Program-made: the position numbers and the translations under genes
Source of the DNA: Laetmonice hystrix
Taxonomy: Eukaryota
Direction: 5' to 3'
Assembly: GCA_965235115.1 (NCBI GenBank)
Contig: OZ249436.1
Location: 26,414,001-26,478,000, forward strand
Length of the DNA: 64,000 bases
The notes under the pieces: model-generated
The model's database searches: none
Told to the model about the DNA's origin: nothing
The model's input: only the letters and a program-made list of their open reading frames with translations
Part shown: positions 26,116-37,100 of the stretch, piece by piece
Position numbering within the stretch: position 1 is the stretch's first letter
How the letters are laid out: each line of letters starts with the position of its first letter

Positions 26116-27390
26116 ATGAGTAGAATTTCGACAAGGAGCCGCGGACATCATGAAACAAGCAAGTTTCCTAACATAGCTTCACCTAAAGGCGACAATATGG
26201 CGGACACGGATCTCCTTCTTGAAATTCGTAAACTCCACATTGCAAACGACGAAATCAAAAAGGCATTGGACTCTAAGTCAAAGGATACCAGGGACGCTAT
26301 CGATCAACTAAATGAAACTGTACTACAACTCAGCAGATCCATTGAAGGACATGTTGGAGAAACAAAACATCTGTTTGGAAAAGTGACAGAACTGGAAAGC
26401 AAAGTAGGAATCCAACAGCAGCATATCAACTCACTAGAAGAAAGACTGCAGAGACTAGAGGACTCAAACAGAAAAGGTAACCTAATCATTGATGGCATTC
26501 GTGAACTGGAGGCTGAAAATTTGAAAAGTACTGTTTCTGCCTTATTGAAAGATCTGGAGGTCAGCTTTGATATTGATGCTGTGGAGTCCATGTTTAGGAC
26601 AGGACCAAAACGTGAGAATAACACTGGACGACCTAGACCAATCCGAATCAAATTTCGTTCTGCTCAATCCAAAAGTGAAATTTTCAAGGGTATTAAACAT
26701 TTGAAAGACAAGGCGAGGTGGAAAAATGTGTATCTGAACGATGACCTATCTCCAGAAGAGCAGTCTAAGCTCAGAGAGCTACGGTGCATTGTAGCTCTTG
26801 GAAAATCGAAGGGTATAAACTGTAGACTGAAACACAGAAAGCTTGTAATTGAGGGACAACACTATTCATACAACGACATTGACGACCTTCCACATGGCCT
26901 ATCTTTAGCAGAAGCCAAAGTTGTCAAGGTCAAGGACGGTGTTGCATTCCAAGGCCAACATGCCTACTTATCTAACATGTATAGGGTGGACATCAAATGT
27001 GAAGGGCATGTGTACACGAGCGCGGAACAGCTGTTCCAGGTCAAGTGTGCTGAAATGTGTAACAATCAGAAACTGGCTAATGAAATGAAACTGGTAGACG
27101 ATCCATATGCAATAAAGAACATGGCCAAAAGAGTGAAGAAAACAAGAAAATGGCAAGATGGGAAAATTGAAGAAATGAGGAAAATCATCCGAATGAAATT
27201 TGATCAAAACAACAAAATTAGAGACATGCTATTACAAACTGTAGGTTGTCTGTATGAAGCGACGTCAGATAAAGTGTTTGGATGTGGGCTCACGTTGTCG
27301 GATCACAACAAAATTGACCAAACCTCGATTACCGGGGATAATCACCTGGGAGTGATCCTGGCTTCGTACAGGGATAGCTATGGGAAGTAG
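26116..27390 (+). CDS. LINE ORF1p: coiled coil + RRM/CTD (L1 ORF1-type) fused to a C-terminal NADAR/YbiA domain
   Basis: Heptad region followed by LEDSNRKGNLIIDGIRE..RPRPIRIKF..VYLNDDLS, typical of L1-type ORF1. From aa ~276 the NADAR motifs follow: YLSNMY, YTSAEQLFQ, P..IK, W....MRKIIRMKFDQN, LLQT, LYEATSDKVFGCG, GDNHLG. Confidence 0.9.
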   Translation: MSRISTRSRGHHETSKFPNIASPKGDNMADTDLLLEIRKLHIANDEIKKALDSKSKDTRDAIDQLNETVLQLSRSIEGHVGETKHLFGKVTELESKVGIQQQHINSLEERLQRLEDSNRKGNLIIDGIRELEAENLKSTVSALLKDLEVSFDIDAVESMFRTGPKRENNTGRPRPIRIKFRSAQSKSEIFKGIKHLKDKARWKNVYLNDDLSPEEQSKLRELRCIVALGKSKGINCRLKHRKLVIEGQHYSYNDIDDLPHGLSLAEAKVVKVKDGVAFQGQHAYLSNMYRVDIKCEGHVYTSAEQLFQVKCAEMCNNQKLANEMKLVDDPYAIKNMAKRVKKTRKWQDGKIEEMRKIIRMKFDQNNKIRDMLLQTVGCLYEATSDKVFGCGLTLSDHNKIDQTSITGDNHLGVILASYRDSYGK

Positions 27391-27763
27391 AGATTTTGAA
27401 CTTTCTCTGTATACACTCCTGTTACCCATATAAGCGAACTTGATGAAAACCTTGCATATTGAGTTGAATAGAGGGATCTGGGCTGTTTTCCCCCTCAGCA
27501 CCACCAACAAATATACATAAACTAACATCTCTACACTAGAAGAATCCGGGCAGTTTGTTGTCTGAAGGCCAAAATGGCTTATTCCAATGTTAGTCCCGGA
27601 ATTGGGTCTCTTACTGCACTTTACTTAACCATACTTGTTGTGTTATACTGTATTATATGTTTGTCTGGAAAATTGAACATTGTTGAAAGGTATTACATCG
27701 TTGTGCTCTGCAGGTGTATTATTAATTTAAGGACAAGAGGGATGATTAGTGAGAGAATAAGGG

Positions 27764-30631
27764 ATGGCTAATCAAACTAGCAGTCTTATCAGTGGTAGAG
27801 GACTCCACATAGGACATATTAATGTATGTAGTTTGTATCATAAAATTGATTTATTTCGTCACATAATGAGCTCTGTTAAATTAAGTGTGTGCGGGGTATC
27901 TGAAACGTGGTTGAATGACTTAATACCAAATGAGCTTGTAAACATACCAGGTTATAACCTTGTTAGGAAAGACAGGACTTGGTTTTCAGACCACGGACTC
28001 CAGAAAAAGAAAGGGGGTGGGGTGGCGACATATATAAAACAAGACTTGACTTTTTCTGCTCATGAACTCTCCCAGCTGAATTCTAGTAATCAGGACATTG
28101 AGGCACAGTGGATTGTTATCTCTCCTGCCTTTCAGAAAAAAATAATTATTGGCAATCTTTACAGGCCCCCAACGGGAAATGTTGAGGTGTTCTGTAATTA
28201 CTTAGATAATTGCCTGGACATACTAAAACGTTATAAAAGTATCAATTTAGTTATAATGGGTGACATGAATATTAACTACATAAATAATGACTGCCCTAAA
28301 ACTAAGCAATTAAAAAATTGGACTAGAGTAGCCGGTTTGAAACAGTGGATCAATCAGCCTACTCGGATTTCTCAGAATAGTTCAAGTTGCATAGATCTTA
28401 TACTCAGTGACTTACCAGATGTCTCGGCACATGGAGTAATTAATACAAATATTAGTGATCATGACCTGGTATATATCACAAAATGTAAAATTAAAAAAAC
28501 AAAAACAAAAACTACATTCACAGGTCGCTCATATAAAAATTTCGAAGAACCTAGATTTATTGAATCTTTATTAAACCAAGATTGGTCAACGTTCGATCGT
28601 GCCGAAAGTGTAGACTTGGCCTGGGACAGGATGATTGAAAACATAAGAAAGAGTATTGATGCACTTTGTCCCCAAAAAATCTTTAGAATAAATAAAGTTA
28701 AGGATGTGTGGATCTCAAACGAGATTCTTGAATTGATCAAGGACAAAGACCGAGCTATGGTAAAGGCTAGAAGAACCGGAAATGTTGAAGACTGGGCCCT
28801 GGCTAGAAGTCTAAAAAATAAATCTATTAAAGTAACACGTAAGGCTAAGGCTGATTATATAAGAGAAAATTTGGTGACCCATAGTAAGAACAGTAAGAAG
28901 TTCTGGAGGTCTCTCTCAGAGCTACTGCCTTCTAAGAAGACGACATGTAATGGGAAAATTCTACTAACTAACAAAGAAATAGGAACCTTGGTCCCAGAAG
29001 AAGGGACTGCTGAGTATATCAATGAGTTTTTTACTAATATAGGCCCAAACCTGGCTAAATCTCTCAATACACAATGGCGATATTACAGCCGGAAGGTTAA
29101 TAGTAACTTACCACAACTGCAAACCACTATCACTGAGGTTGAAAAGATCATTAAGGAAATTGACATCTATAAATCTTCGGGCATAAATGGAATTTCATCT
29201 AAGGTGTTAAAGAGTGCGTTTCGAGCTCTGTCCTCTAGGCTAACATACCTCTTCAATATGTCATTTGAGAAAGGCATCTTCCCCTCTGATTGGAAAATAG
29301 CCACAATACTGCCAATACCGAAAACCGGAGACCCTTCTGACGTATCTAACTACAGACCAGTCTCCCTACTCCCACTACCGGGTAAACTTATTGAGAAAGT
29401 AGTTCACCATCAAATCTATGCCTTCCTGGAAGATAACTCAATTCTTGACGAAAAGCAAGGAGGTTTTAGGAAAGGGCGTTCTACCACGTCGACTATTGCA
29501 CAATTCACAGAAGATTTATTTCAGGCGATTAATAATAGGAATGTTACAGTGGCCATGTTTATAGATTTATCCAAAGCGTTCGATACTGTAGACCATACGA
29601 TTCTTCTCAGCAAACTGAAACATATGGGAATAAGGGGTGGGCCTCATAAATGGCTTTGTAGTTACTTATCTAATCGGAAACAAAGGACCCTGGCAAATGA
29701 TATCCTCTCTAATCAGCTAGAAGTCAGATGTGGAGTTCCTCAAGGGTCAATACTGGGCCCACTGCTGTTCTTAATTTATATTAACGACCTGGGAAAGGCG
29801 CTGGGTAGCTGTATGCACTGGCTTCACGTCGACGACACAGTCATATACCACTCAGGGAATGATGTCTCCGTAATCGTAGAGAAGGTTCAGAATGACATTA
29901 CGAAATTACATGACTGGTGTTGTAGTAACAAACTTACGGTAAATTCTAAAAAAACGAAAGCCATGATTGTAGGTTCTAAATCCTGTGTTATACACTGCAA
30001 TCCGTCCAAGATTAAGCTAGGGAAAGAATGCATAGATTATGTTAAATCCTATAAGTATCTGGGGCTTACTTTGGACCAAACTTTGTCGTTTAATAAACAT
30101 GTTAATAATGTCATTAGTACGGTGGCACATAAAAGTTATCAAATGTCACTGATCAGAAGGTACATTAATGAAGAAACCAGTGTAAGAATCTTCAAATCTA
30201 TGATCAGTCCTTATTTCGACTATGGAGACACCATCTATGAGGCCGCACCATTGAAACTATTAAATAAGCTGCAGCGTATTTAAAATAAGTGCTTAAGAAT
30301 CTGTGATTATGGTAGAACGGATCTTTCCACTGTGGAGTTGCATATTAAATATAGGATAAGTAGTCTGGAAGCTAGGCGCTTAGGCCACCTAAAGAACTTC
30401 ATGTTTAAGCAACAGAATAATTTAAATTTGATTGACAGTAGAAACCTTCAGACAAGGGCTCATGGGGCTATTTCTTATAAAGTAAGCTGTCCAAAATGTG
30501 AAAAATATAAACGAAGTGTATTATACAGAGGAGCGGTATTGTGGAACCGACTTCCATCTGATATTAGAAATATTCCTGAATATTCAACCTTTAAGTACAT
30601 ATCGAAAACAGAAATGTTAAACAACAACTGA
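27764..30631 (+). pseudogene. LINE ORF2 (apurinic endonuclease + reverse transcriptase), disrupted
   Basis: APE motifs (HIN, SETW, YRPP, GDMN, IDLI, SDHD) and RT motifs (YRPVSLL, QGGFR, DLSKAFD, GVPQGSILGP, YLG). The catalytic motif reads HVDD. An in-frame TAA at 30281-30283 is followed by an open frame (NKCLRIC..WNRLP) to 30631. Confidence 0.92.
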
Positions 30632-31785
30632 CTTGAATCATCTTTAGACACAACATGACAATACTACTTTGAGTATATACTATAGAACACAGGTATAACA
30701 CTCGCATCTCTTGCTGTATACATATGTTTCAATTTTTGCACTTTCCCGTTTGCACTATGCTGTTAGATGAGAAAGGGATTTGACATGCCTCGATATTGTA
30801 TAACTCTGGTTGGTAATTAAAACCGACTGTATAGCCGATATCAGCCAGAATAAAGAACTTAAACAAAAAAAAAAAAAAACCCAATAATAAGTGAGATGGG
30901 GGGGGGGGGGTGTGTGTCCATATTTCATAGTGTAATATGCCCCCCCCCCCCGAAGAATGAGAGGGTTCCATATCCATACCAGCTCACTGCGAGATTGAGG
31001 GGGGGGGGTCTATATTTCATAGTGTAATATGGACCCCCCCCCCCAAAGAATAAGAGAGGGTTCCATATTCATACCAGCTCACTGAGAGATTAGGGGAGGG
31101 GTGGCCATAGTCACCTAGAGATTGGGGGTGGGTCCAAATTTCATAGTGTAATATGGACCCCCCCCCCCCCCACCCACCCGTGAAGAATGAGAGGTACCCA
31201 TATTTCTACCAGCTCACTGTGAAATTGGGGGGAGGGTCCAAATTTCATAGTGTAATATGGACCCCCCCCCCCCCCCGAAAATATGCCAATGTTCGCCGGC
31301 GACAATATTTGCACGGCGCAATATATATGCCGTAAAAAAGTACCCATATTTCTACCAGCTCACTGTGAGATTGGGAGGGGGGGAGGTCTATATTTCATAG
31401 TGTAATATGGACACCCCTCTCCCAAGAATGAGAGGGTTCAATATTCATACCAGTTCACTGAGAGATTGGAGGGAGGGGTTCCATAGTCACCTAGACATTG
31501 GGGGGGGGGGGGGTCCAAATTTCAGAGTGTAATATGGACCCCCCTGAAGAATGAGAGGTACCCATATTTCTACCAGCTCACTGAAAGATTGGGGGGGGGG
31601 GGGTGCATAGTCACCTAGTGAAAATTCCCCCCAATGAGAGGCTTCCATATCTATATTCCGACTATATTCCGACTAACATGACCATCAAGAAATTGCTTTC
31701 GATTATCCTATGAACCTTCAACGTTAGTGCAAGAGGTGGGTGTTATGGAACTTAATTGTGTTAACGGTAATGTTAATGGAGCCAT

Positions 31786-31938
31786 CAGGGGCGGATCTAG
31801 CTTTCAGAAGGGTCGGGGGTGATGTTTGAGTGAAGGTGTCGAAAAGGGTCTGGAAGCATGCCGCCCAGCTAGCCTGTTGTCTAGTTTTTTGGCTCCATTT
31901 TGCAACCCCCCCCCCCCCAACCCTTAGATCCGCCACTG
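31786..31938. mobile_element. CAGGGGCGGATC-type MITE with 5-bp TSD
   Basis: GCCAT|CAGGGGCGGATCTAG ... AGATCCGCCACTG|ACCAT; the paralogous segment at 25573-25737 lacks it (empty site). Confidence 0.8.
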
Positions 31939-32581
31939 ACCATACGACCATTGTATAGGTATACGGTGCGCGGTAGCTGCTGACCAAACTTGAGGCACGT
32001 GCCACAATCAACGCCTTGCTCATTGTCATCTCAACCCCAATAATGCTTTCCTGTGGTTGGTTGATCATTGTCCATAAAATGAACAAAAAATCGAAGGGGT
32101 CCATATTTCATGGGGGGAGTCCATATTTCATAGTGAAATATGGACCGGGGGGTCCAACTGTCACTATGAAATATGGACCGGGGGTCCATAATATGGGGGG
32201 TCCAATTTTCATATCACACCGGTACGTCTAGGAGTTCTACAACATGGTGAAGCCTATCAAGTTATTATTTTTCATAACAAGTAGTCTAAACACATCCTGT
32301 CACAGATTAGCATTTCGTCGTCCTATCTAACGTCATACTAATGTGTAGCTATAAGATGACCGGGCGACAGTGCTGCCGCCACGCGGATATGACTGGAAAT
32401 GCGCCGTTGCGCATGCGTCTCAAGGAGTGTGAAGTCCCTCATTGGTGTTGCAAGGCTTGCGACTGGTGTCGCAAGCAGAAATCGCATAGTGGGTTCAGGG
32501 CTTTAGTCTTTTAGTAACATCCAAGGGTAATATTAATACCCCAATACTGACTTTACATATGAATACATACACATATATATA

Positions 32582-33179
32582 CAAGGGTGGACCAGAATTC
32601 TTGGTGTTTATGATTTTGTCCCTCATATTTTCATTCTTAACGCAATCTCTTGTTCCTTTTCAGGGTGTGTCCTTGTGTCTTGGGGTCATATTTACTGCAC
32701 GTTTGAACAGTATTGAGTGTATTTTGTCATTTACAGTGGATAAGCGTAGTAAGATGGTGGAGTGGTACATAGAGAACAACTCGATCAAGAATCGCAGCTA
32801 CTTTCCGTGGACTCTGCATGGGTGACCGATTGTAATTGCTTGAATGTTTTGCTCAGTACGCACAGTCTTTTTCCGACCTGAAGAACCTTTGTGTTGGTTA
32901 TGCACTATTCAACAGAGTCGGAACTTAGTTCTCGCTTGGTTGTGTCCCCACTCCTAAATGGTCTTCTGGATCGAGTCGATCTCTATGTATACCACGCTAC
33001 CATTTTACTATACGCTCATCCACTGTAGTTGAAATCATACACTCAATACTGTTCAGACTTTTAGGAAAGATGCTCAAAAACACAAGGACACAACCTAAAA
33101 AGGAACAAGAGATTGAGATTGCATTACGAATGAAAATATGAGGGACAAAATAATAGACCAAGAATTCTGGTCCACCCTG
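32582..33179. mobile_element. Tc1/mariner-like MITE (TA TSD, long diverged TIRs)
   Basis: TA|CAAGGGTGGACCAGAATTCTTGG ... CCAAGAATTCTGGTCCACCCTG|TA; inverted similarity extends ~200 bp. Confidence 0.8.
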
Positions 33180-33206
33180 TATGTATATTCAAGCATATGT
33201 AACGGA

Positions 33207-33450
33207 CGAGATTGGAATCCGGCCCGATTCCGAACTGGGCCGGCCCAGATCGGAATTCCAATCTGGGCCGGCCCAAAATGCATGGGATTCCGAACTCGGC
33301 CGGCCCAGTTCGGAATCGGGCCGGCCGAGATTGGAATTCCATTCTAGGCCGGCCTGGAATGGAATCGACATAGGATTCCATTCTGGGCCGGCCCAGATCA
33401 GAATTCTGATTCTGGCCGGCCAAGATGGGAATCCTCTAAAGACCTGGCCC
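33207..33450. repeat. Cluster of palindromic CTGGGCCGGCCCAG / GGAATTCC motifs (probable transposon subterminal remnant)
   Basis: About 6 copies of GGGCCGGCC(C) interspersed with GGAATTCC/GGATTCC; no termini identified. Confidence 0.55.
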
Positions 33451-33496
33451 ATACATACAGTAAGCAGAAATTGTACTTGCGAATTGCGCTCGATTA

Positions 33497-34135
33497 TACC
33501 CCCATCACACTAGACGGCGTTCTAGCTGCGCTCTAGAAAATGGGCCAGATCGCCGTAGAGCGTGGATAGAGTGCCTTGAGGTCCTTCTGAGCGTCATAGG
33601 AGCGAGATAGTGTCTCCCTGGGTCGTCATATGGTCACCATGAGCGCCATTAGCGGCGACCAATTTTGAACATGCACAAAATTTACGCCGCAGGGTCGCCG
33701 TGGATCTAAAAGCGCAGTTAGATCGAAATGCGATCACCATCAGCGTCGTAGGAGCGCAGTACCAGATTCCTGAGAGCCTTCCCGTCCCATGGCGCTGGCC
33801 CGGCGCTCTTACCACGCTGCTACCGAGACCTCGGCGACCCCAATGAGCCCTTTACACGCTCTGCAGGGTTCTGCCGTTGCGCTCACGACGTCAGAGCTGC
33901 GTTCTTGCTGCGCAGTGAGCGCAGTGTGATCGTATAGGACCTGGTAGCAACGCCATACGACGTGGTAGGGACGGCCTAAATTGTCCGAGAATTGTATTTT
34001 TCCACATCGTGGCAGCAGGGTGGGAGCGGCATGGCAGTCACACTTGGAGGGGTTTTCTGATGTTGACGGTGACCAACGGCGATCTGTGAGGTCGCCGTGG
34101 TCGCCGTAAGGTCTTTATCCAGTGTGATGGGGGTA
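33497..34135. mobile_element. PIF/Harbinger-like MITE (TTA TSD)
   Basis: TTA|TACCCCCATCACACT ... AGTGTGATGGGGGTA|TTA; 15-bp perfect TIR. Confidence 0.88.
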
Positions 34136-37100
34136 TTAGGTGCATTCCAAAAGTCACGATGGAAACAACACCAACGCATTATATTTGTGATACTATGATT
34201 CATTTGACGAATCATAAATCTGGGAGACAAATAGAGACACTCACGAAGGGAGTTAGCAAGTAGGTGTTTGTCCACAAATCCACTGGCCGCTCACGCCTCC
34301 GGGCCAAGCATGCAGGCGATGGGGCGGAGAAGAGAAAATTCCCCCTTAGAATAACACATGTGTCAGGTGTCTCCGTAGGTCGGCTTACATCAAAGGAGAG
34401 AGGAGCATACTTGAGCGGAGACAAGGGTGCAACGGGAGTGTCAAGTGGAATAAGCGTCATAATAGCGACCATTACAAGGTGACCCCGTAGTTCACACCTG
34501 ACTGCGAAATCGCGTTTGTGTGTGCGTCAAGGCGGTGCTGACCCCACCCAACCTTTCCCGGTGAGGACCCTCTCGGAGCCGCTTCCTTCCCCTCCCCTGT
34601 ATGCCTTCCCTCTCATCCGCCCCGAACTTGTCGGCGTTTCGGATTGTGGAAACCGAAAACCAATAACGCCCGTGTCCTTCAAACGGCAGCAAACAGTACA
34701 AGTGCTTGGATACCGGACTGCCCCGACACACAGCTCGCAATGCAAAACCGATCCCTCACAAATATGTACAATTCTCAATGAGTTTGTGTTTCTCAAGGCG
34801 CTGCAGCTGAAAAGACTTTAATCCTATATGTGCATTTCATTTGTATGCCCGTGGCGAAAGTGGTGGACAGTTGAAGAACACGATCCCGGCAGATGAGCAT
34901 ACCGACAGACATTTAACCACCTGCGGTTTTTGAAACGAGAACCTCGACAGGTTCAGAATTCTCTTTGTTTCTGTCCTTTTATTCACGAAGTCTTTGGGTA
35001 TACTCAGAATGAGACGCCATTAAAAAATCTGAAGAGGAAAACAACCTTCTTGAATAATCTAATAATTCCGCAGAAGTCGGGTGAATCGGAAAGTCTTCAG
35101 CAGAAAAAAGGCCTTCAATTGCGAACATGCAGTTGTTACAAGAAGGAAATCAATTAAGGAGAATTACAGAACCTTTTTAATCTCACCTATGAATTATTTG
35201 ACTTGCCAAAGCCGGTTCTCTCTGACCTCATCATCTGTTACCAACGCCCCTTTTACTACTCCGACTTACTGCTCATGTAAGCAGGAGAAACGATCTAAAA
35301 GAAGCAGTGGAGTTGGGTTAACTTTGTAATCTATCCGTATATCTACCCTTGTTGTGCTATACTCGTCCAGTGAACACAAAACTAGCTTACTGAAAGACAT
35401 AACACATGCAGCGGGCCTTGGACCAGGAAACATACACTACCTCTTTGTCTGAGATCAAGAGATTTCCTTGTGTAAAATGTACATCCTGAGCTGTCAGCGG
35501 GCCTGTAGGAGCCCGCTTACAACACTCACATAGATCTCTAACCCAACTCAAAGTAGGGAAAGAAAAAAAAACACATTAAAGGGTTTTATGCGACTGGCAA
35601 GAATGCATGTACCCTGCAGTCTTCAATTGGCAGAATAAACTGGAATAACGGGCCTGTTTTTTTCTAATACATGGTATACTATTCAGACAGGGCATCATTG
35701 GCATCATTTCTTCTTCTGAGTCAGGAAAGTAAAACATAATCATCACCGGGCATAAATCATTATGTCGGGTAAAGTTAATTTTCATTGTTCGGGTGCCCCA
35801 GTGAATTAACATTTTCTGAAAGCACCGCTTCCCTTCGCTGTTTGAAAATAACCAGAGCGGCAAAATATGACAGCCTCTGTGAATTACAACTGGTCCAATG
35901 GCCGGCGGTCACGGGGCCTACTGTAAAGAAATGATGCGAACACTTAGTCAGCGGTAAATTGCTCGGTACGATTCGTACTTTGAAACTCGCTGCCAATAAT
36001 ATTCCAGTAAATCTTTGACAGGAGGAAGCGCGGTAATAATAAACGTGAATATCGTTCAATCTGGAGAAACCGCCGCAGGCGATCTGTGCACGAGCACGTG
36101 GGTAGACCCCTCAATTTGTTTCTATCTATACCCTCCAATCTGACCGACACCAAAACAAACGAGATCAGTAGAGTTCATAATACTCAGAACGACTCGAGAA
36201 CCCCATGAGAATAGGGAGAACATTGCAGTGGTGCATGGGCTCCTGAAGGAACTCGGAATACTATACAGTATGTATATAATTAAAAAAGGTCCCTCCTGCT
36301 ATGTAGTGCATCGCTTGGTGATGACTTTTTCTGGATGACCCGTATTTCGTTCTTCACATAAAATGGACGGCCGGGCATAGGTAAACCCGTCGTTGTTTAA
36401 AAATATTTATTGATCCACATCCGACAAAGGACACTCGGTAGTGTGGCGTCTATCCAAACATATGAATGGGGAGAAAGTGTACATATAGATGTGTTCTAAT
36501 GAAAATGTGCACGCACGGGCGTTAGAAGGAAACGGTAGAGAGAAAACGGCAAAGCAAAATTACCGTCTGGCAATTTTAAGATGTTTTATGGCAGTTTTGA
36601 TTTAATAAACCTCACTCACTTAAGCGTAAAAGGAATATTAACTTTAGGAGGTATAGAAAAGATGTCTGCATAATCAGACAATGAACCGCAGATAGGTAAC
36701 ACCTAGGGTGTGGGTGTGTCACAATGCATCATCATCACCAACGACAGCAGTATTAAATAGTTGAATTGTTTACGAAAATGTCAAATTTCAAGTTGACGCG
36801 GAGGACTCATTGGCTTTCAATTGTCCGGTTACGTATGTATCTAAAAATAACATTACATAATAATATTTTTTCAGTTCTGGCGCTGTATGGGAGGAAACGA
36901 TGCACTATGTGACTTTAACCCAGAAGCCCAGAGACTTTGTCTATATAGCGAAAGACAAATAATATATAAATGACTGGCAAAATTTACGTCGACAAAAGAG
37001 ATTTCTCGAAGCCACATATAGCGAGGCCATTACTGCAGTGCAACATTGCGTCATTGAATTGTAAATTGAACTGACCTGTACTGCGAACCATTCCTGAAAT

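Larger units (their letters stand above)
25984..30879 (+). mobile_element. Non-LTR retrotransposon (LINE, CR1/L2 group), near full length
   Basis: 5' CAAGATGGCGGC motif, ORF1, 373-bp spacer, APE+RT ORF2, AATAAA at 30849-30854 and an A-tail at 30865-30879. The 5' limit is ambiguous (25984 or 25745). Antisense to the host gene. Confidence 0.93.
24942..32222. mobile_element. Nested CCGG-terminal DNA element with many subterminal GGTCCATATTTCA..TGAAATATGGACC repeats
   Basis: The left end CCGGTGCGAGATGCAAAATGGACCCCCCATA matches the right end TATGGGGGGTCCAATTTTCATATCACACCGG|TA. The same repeat motif is arrayed at 30915-31620. The organisation resembles CMC/EnSpm-type elements (inference). Confidence 0.7.
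24831..32440. mobile_element. Nested element with GAGGGACTT termini and AT flanks (ISL2EU-like)
   Basis: AT|GAGGGACTT ... AAGTCCCTC|AT; subterminal 24853-24932 is inverted relative to 32303-32387 (CCGCGTGGCGGCAGCAC, ACGTTAGATAGG..CGACGAAATGCTAATCTGT). Confidence 0.7.
24393..32502. mobile_element. PIF/Harbinger-like MITE, outermost layer of the nest around the LINE
   Basis: ~40-bp TIR AGCCCTGAACCCACTATGCGATTTCTGCTTGCGACACCAGT at both ends; flanks TGA/TTA; central palindrome at 24695-24716. Confidence 0.8.
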
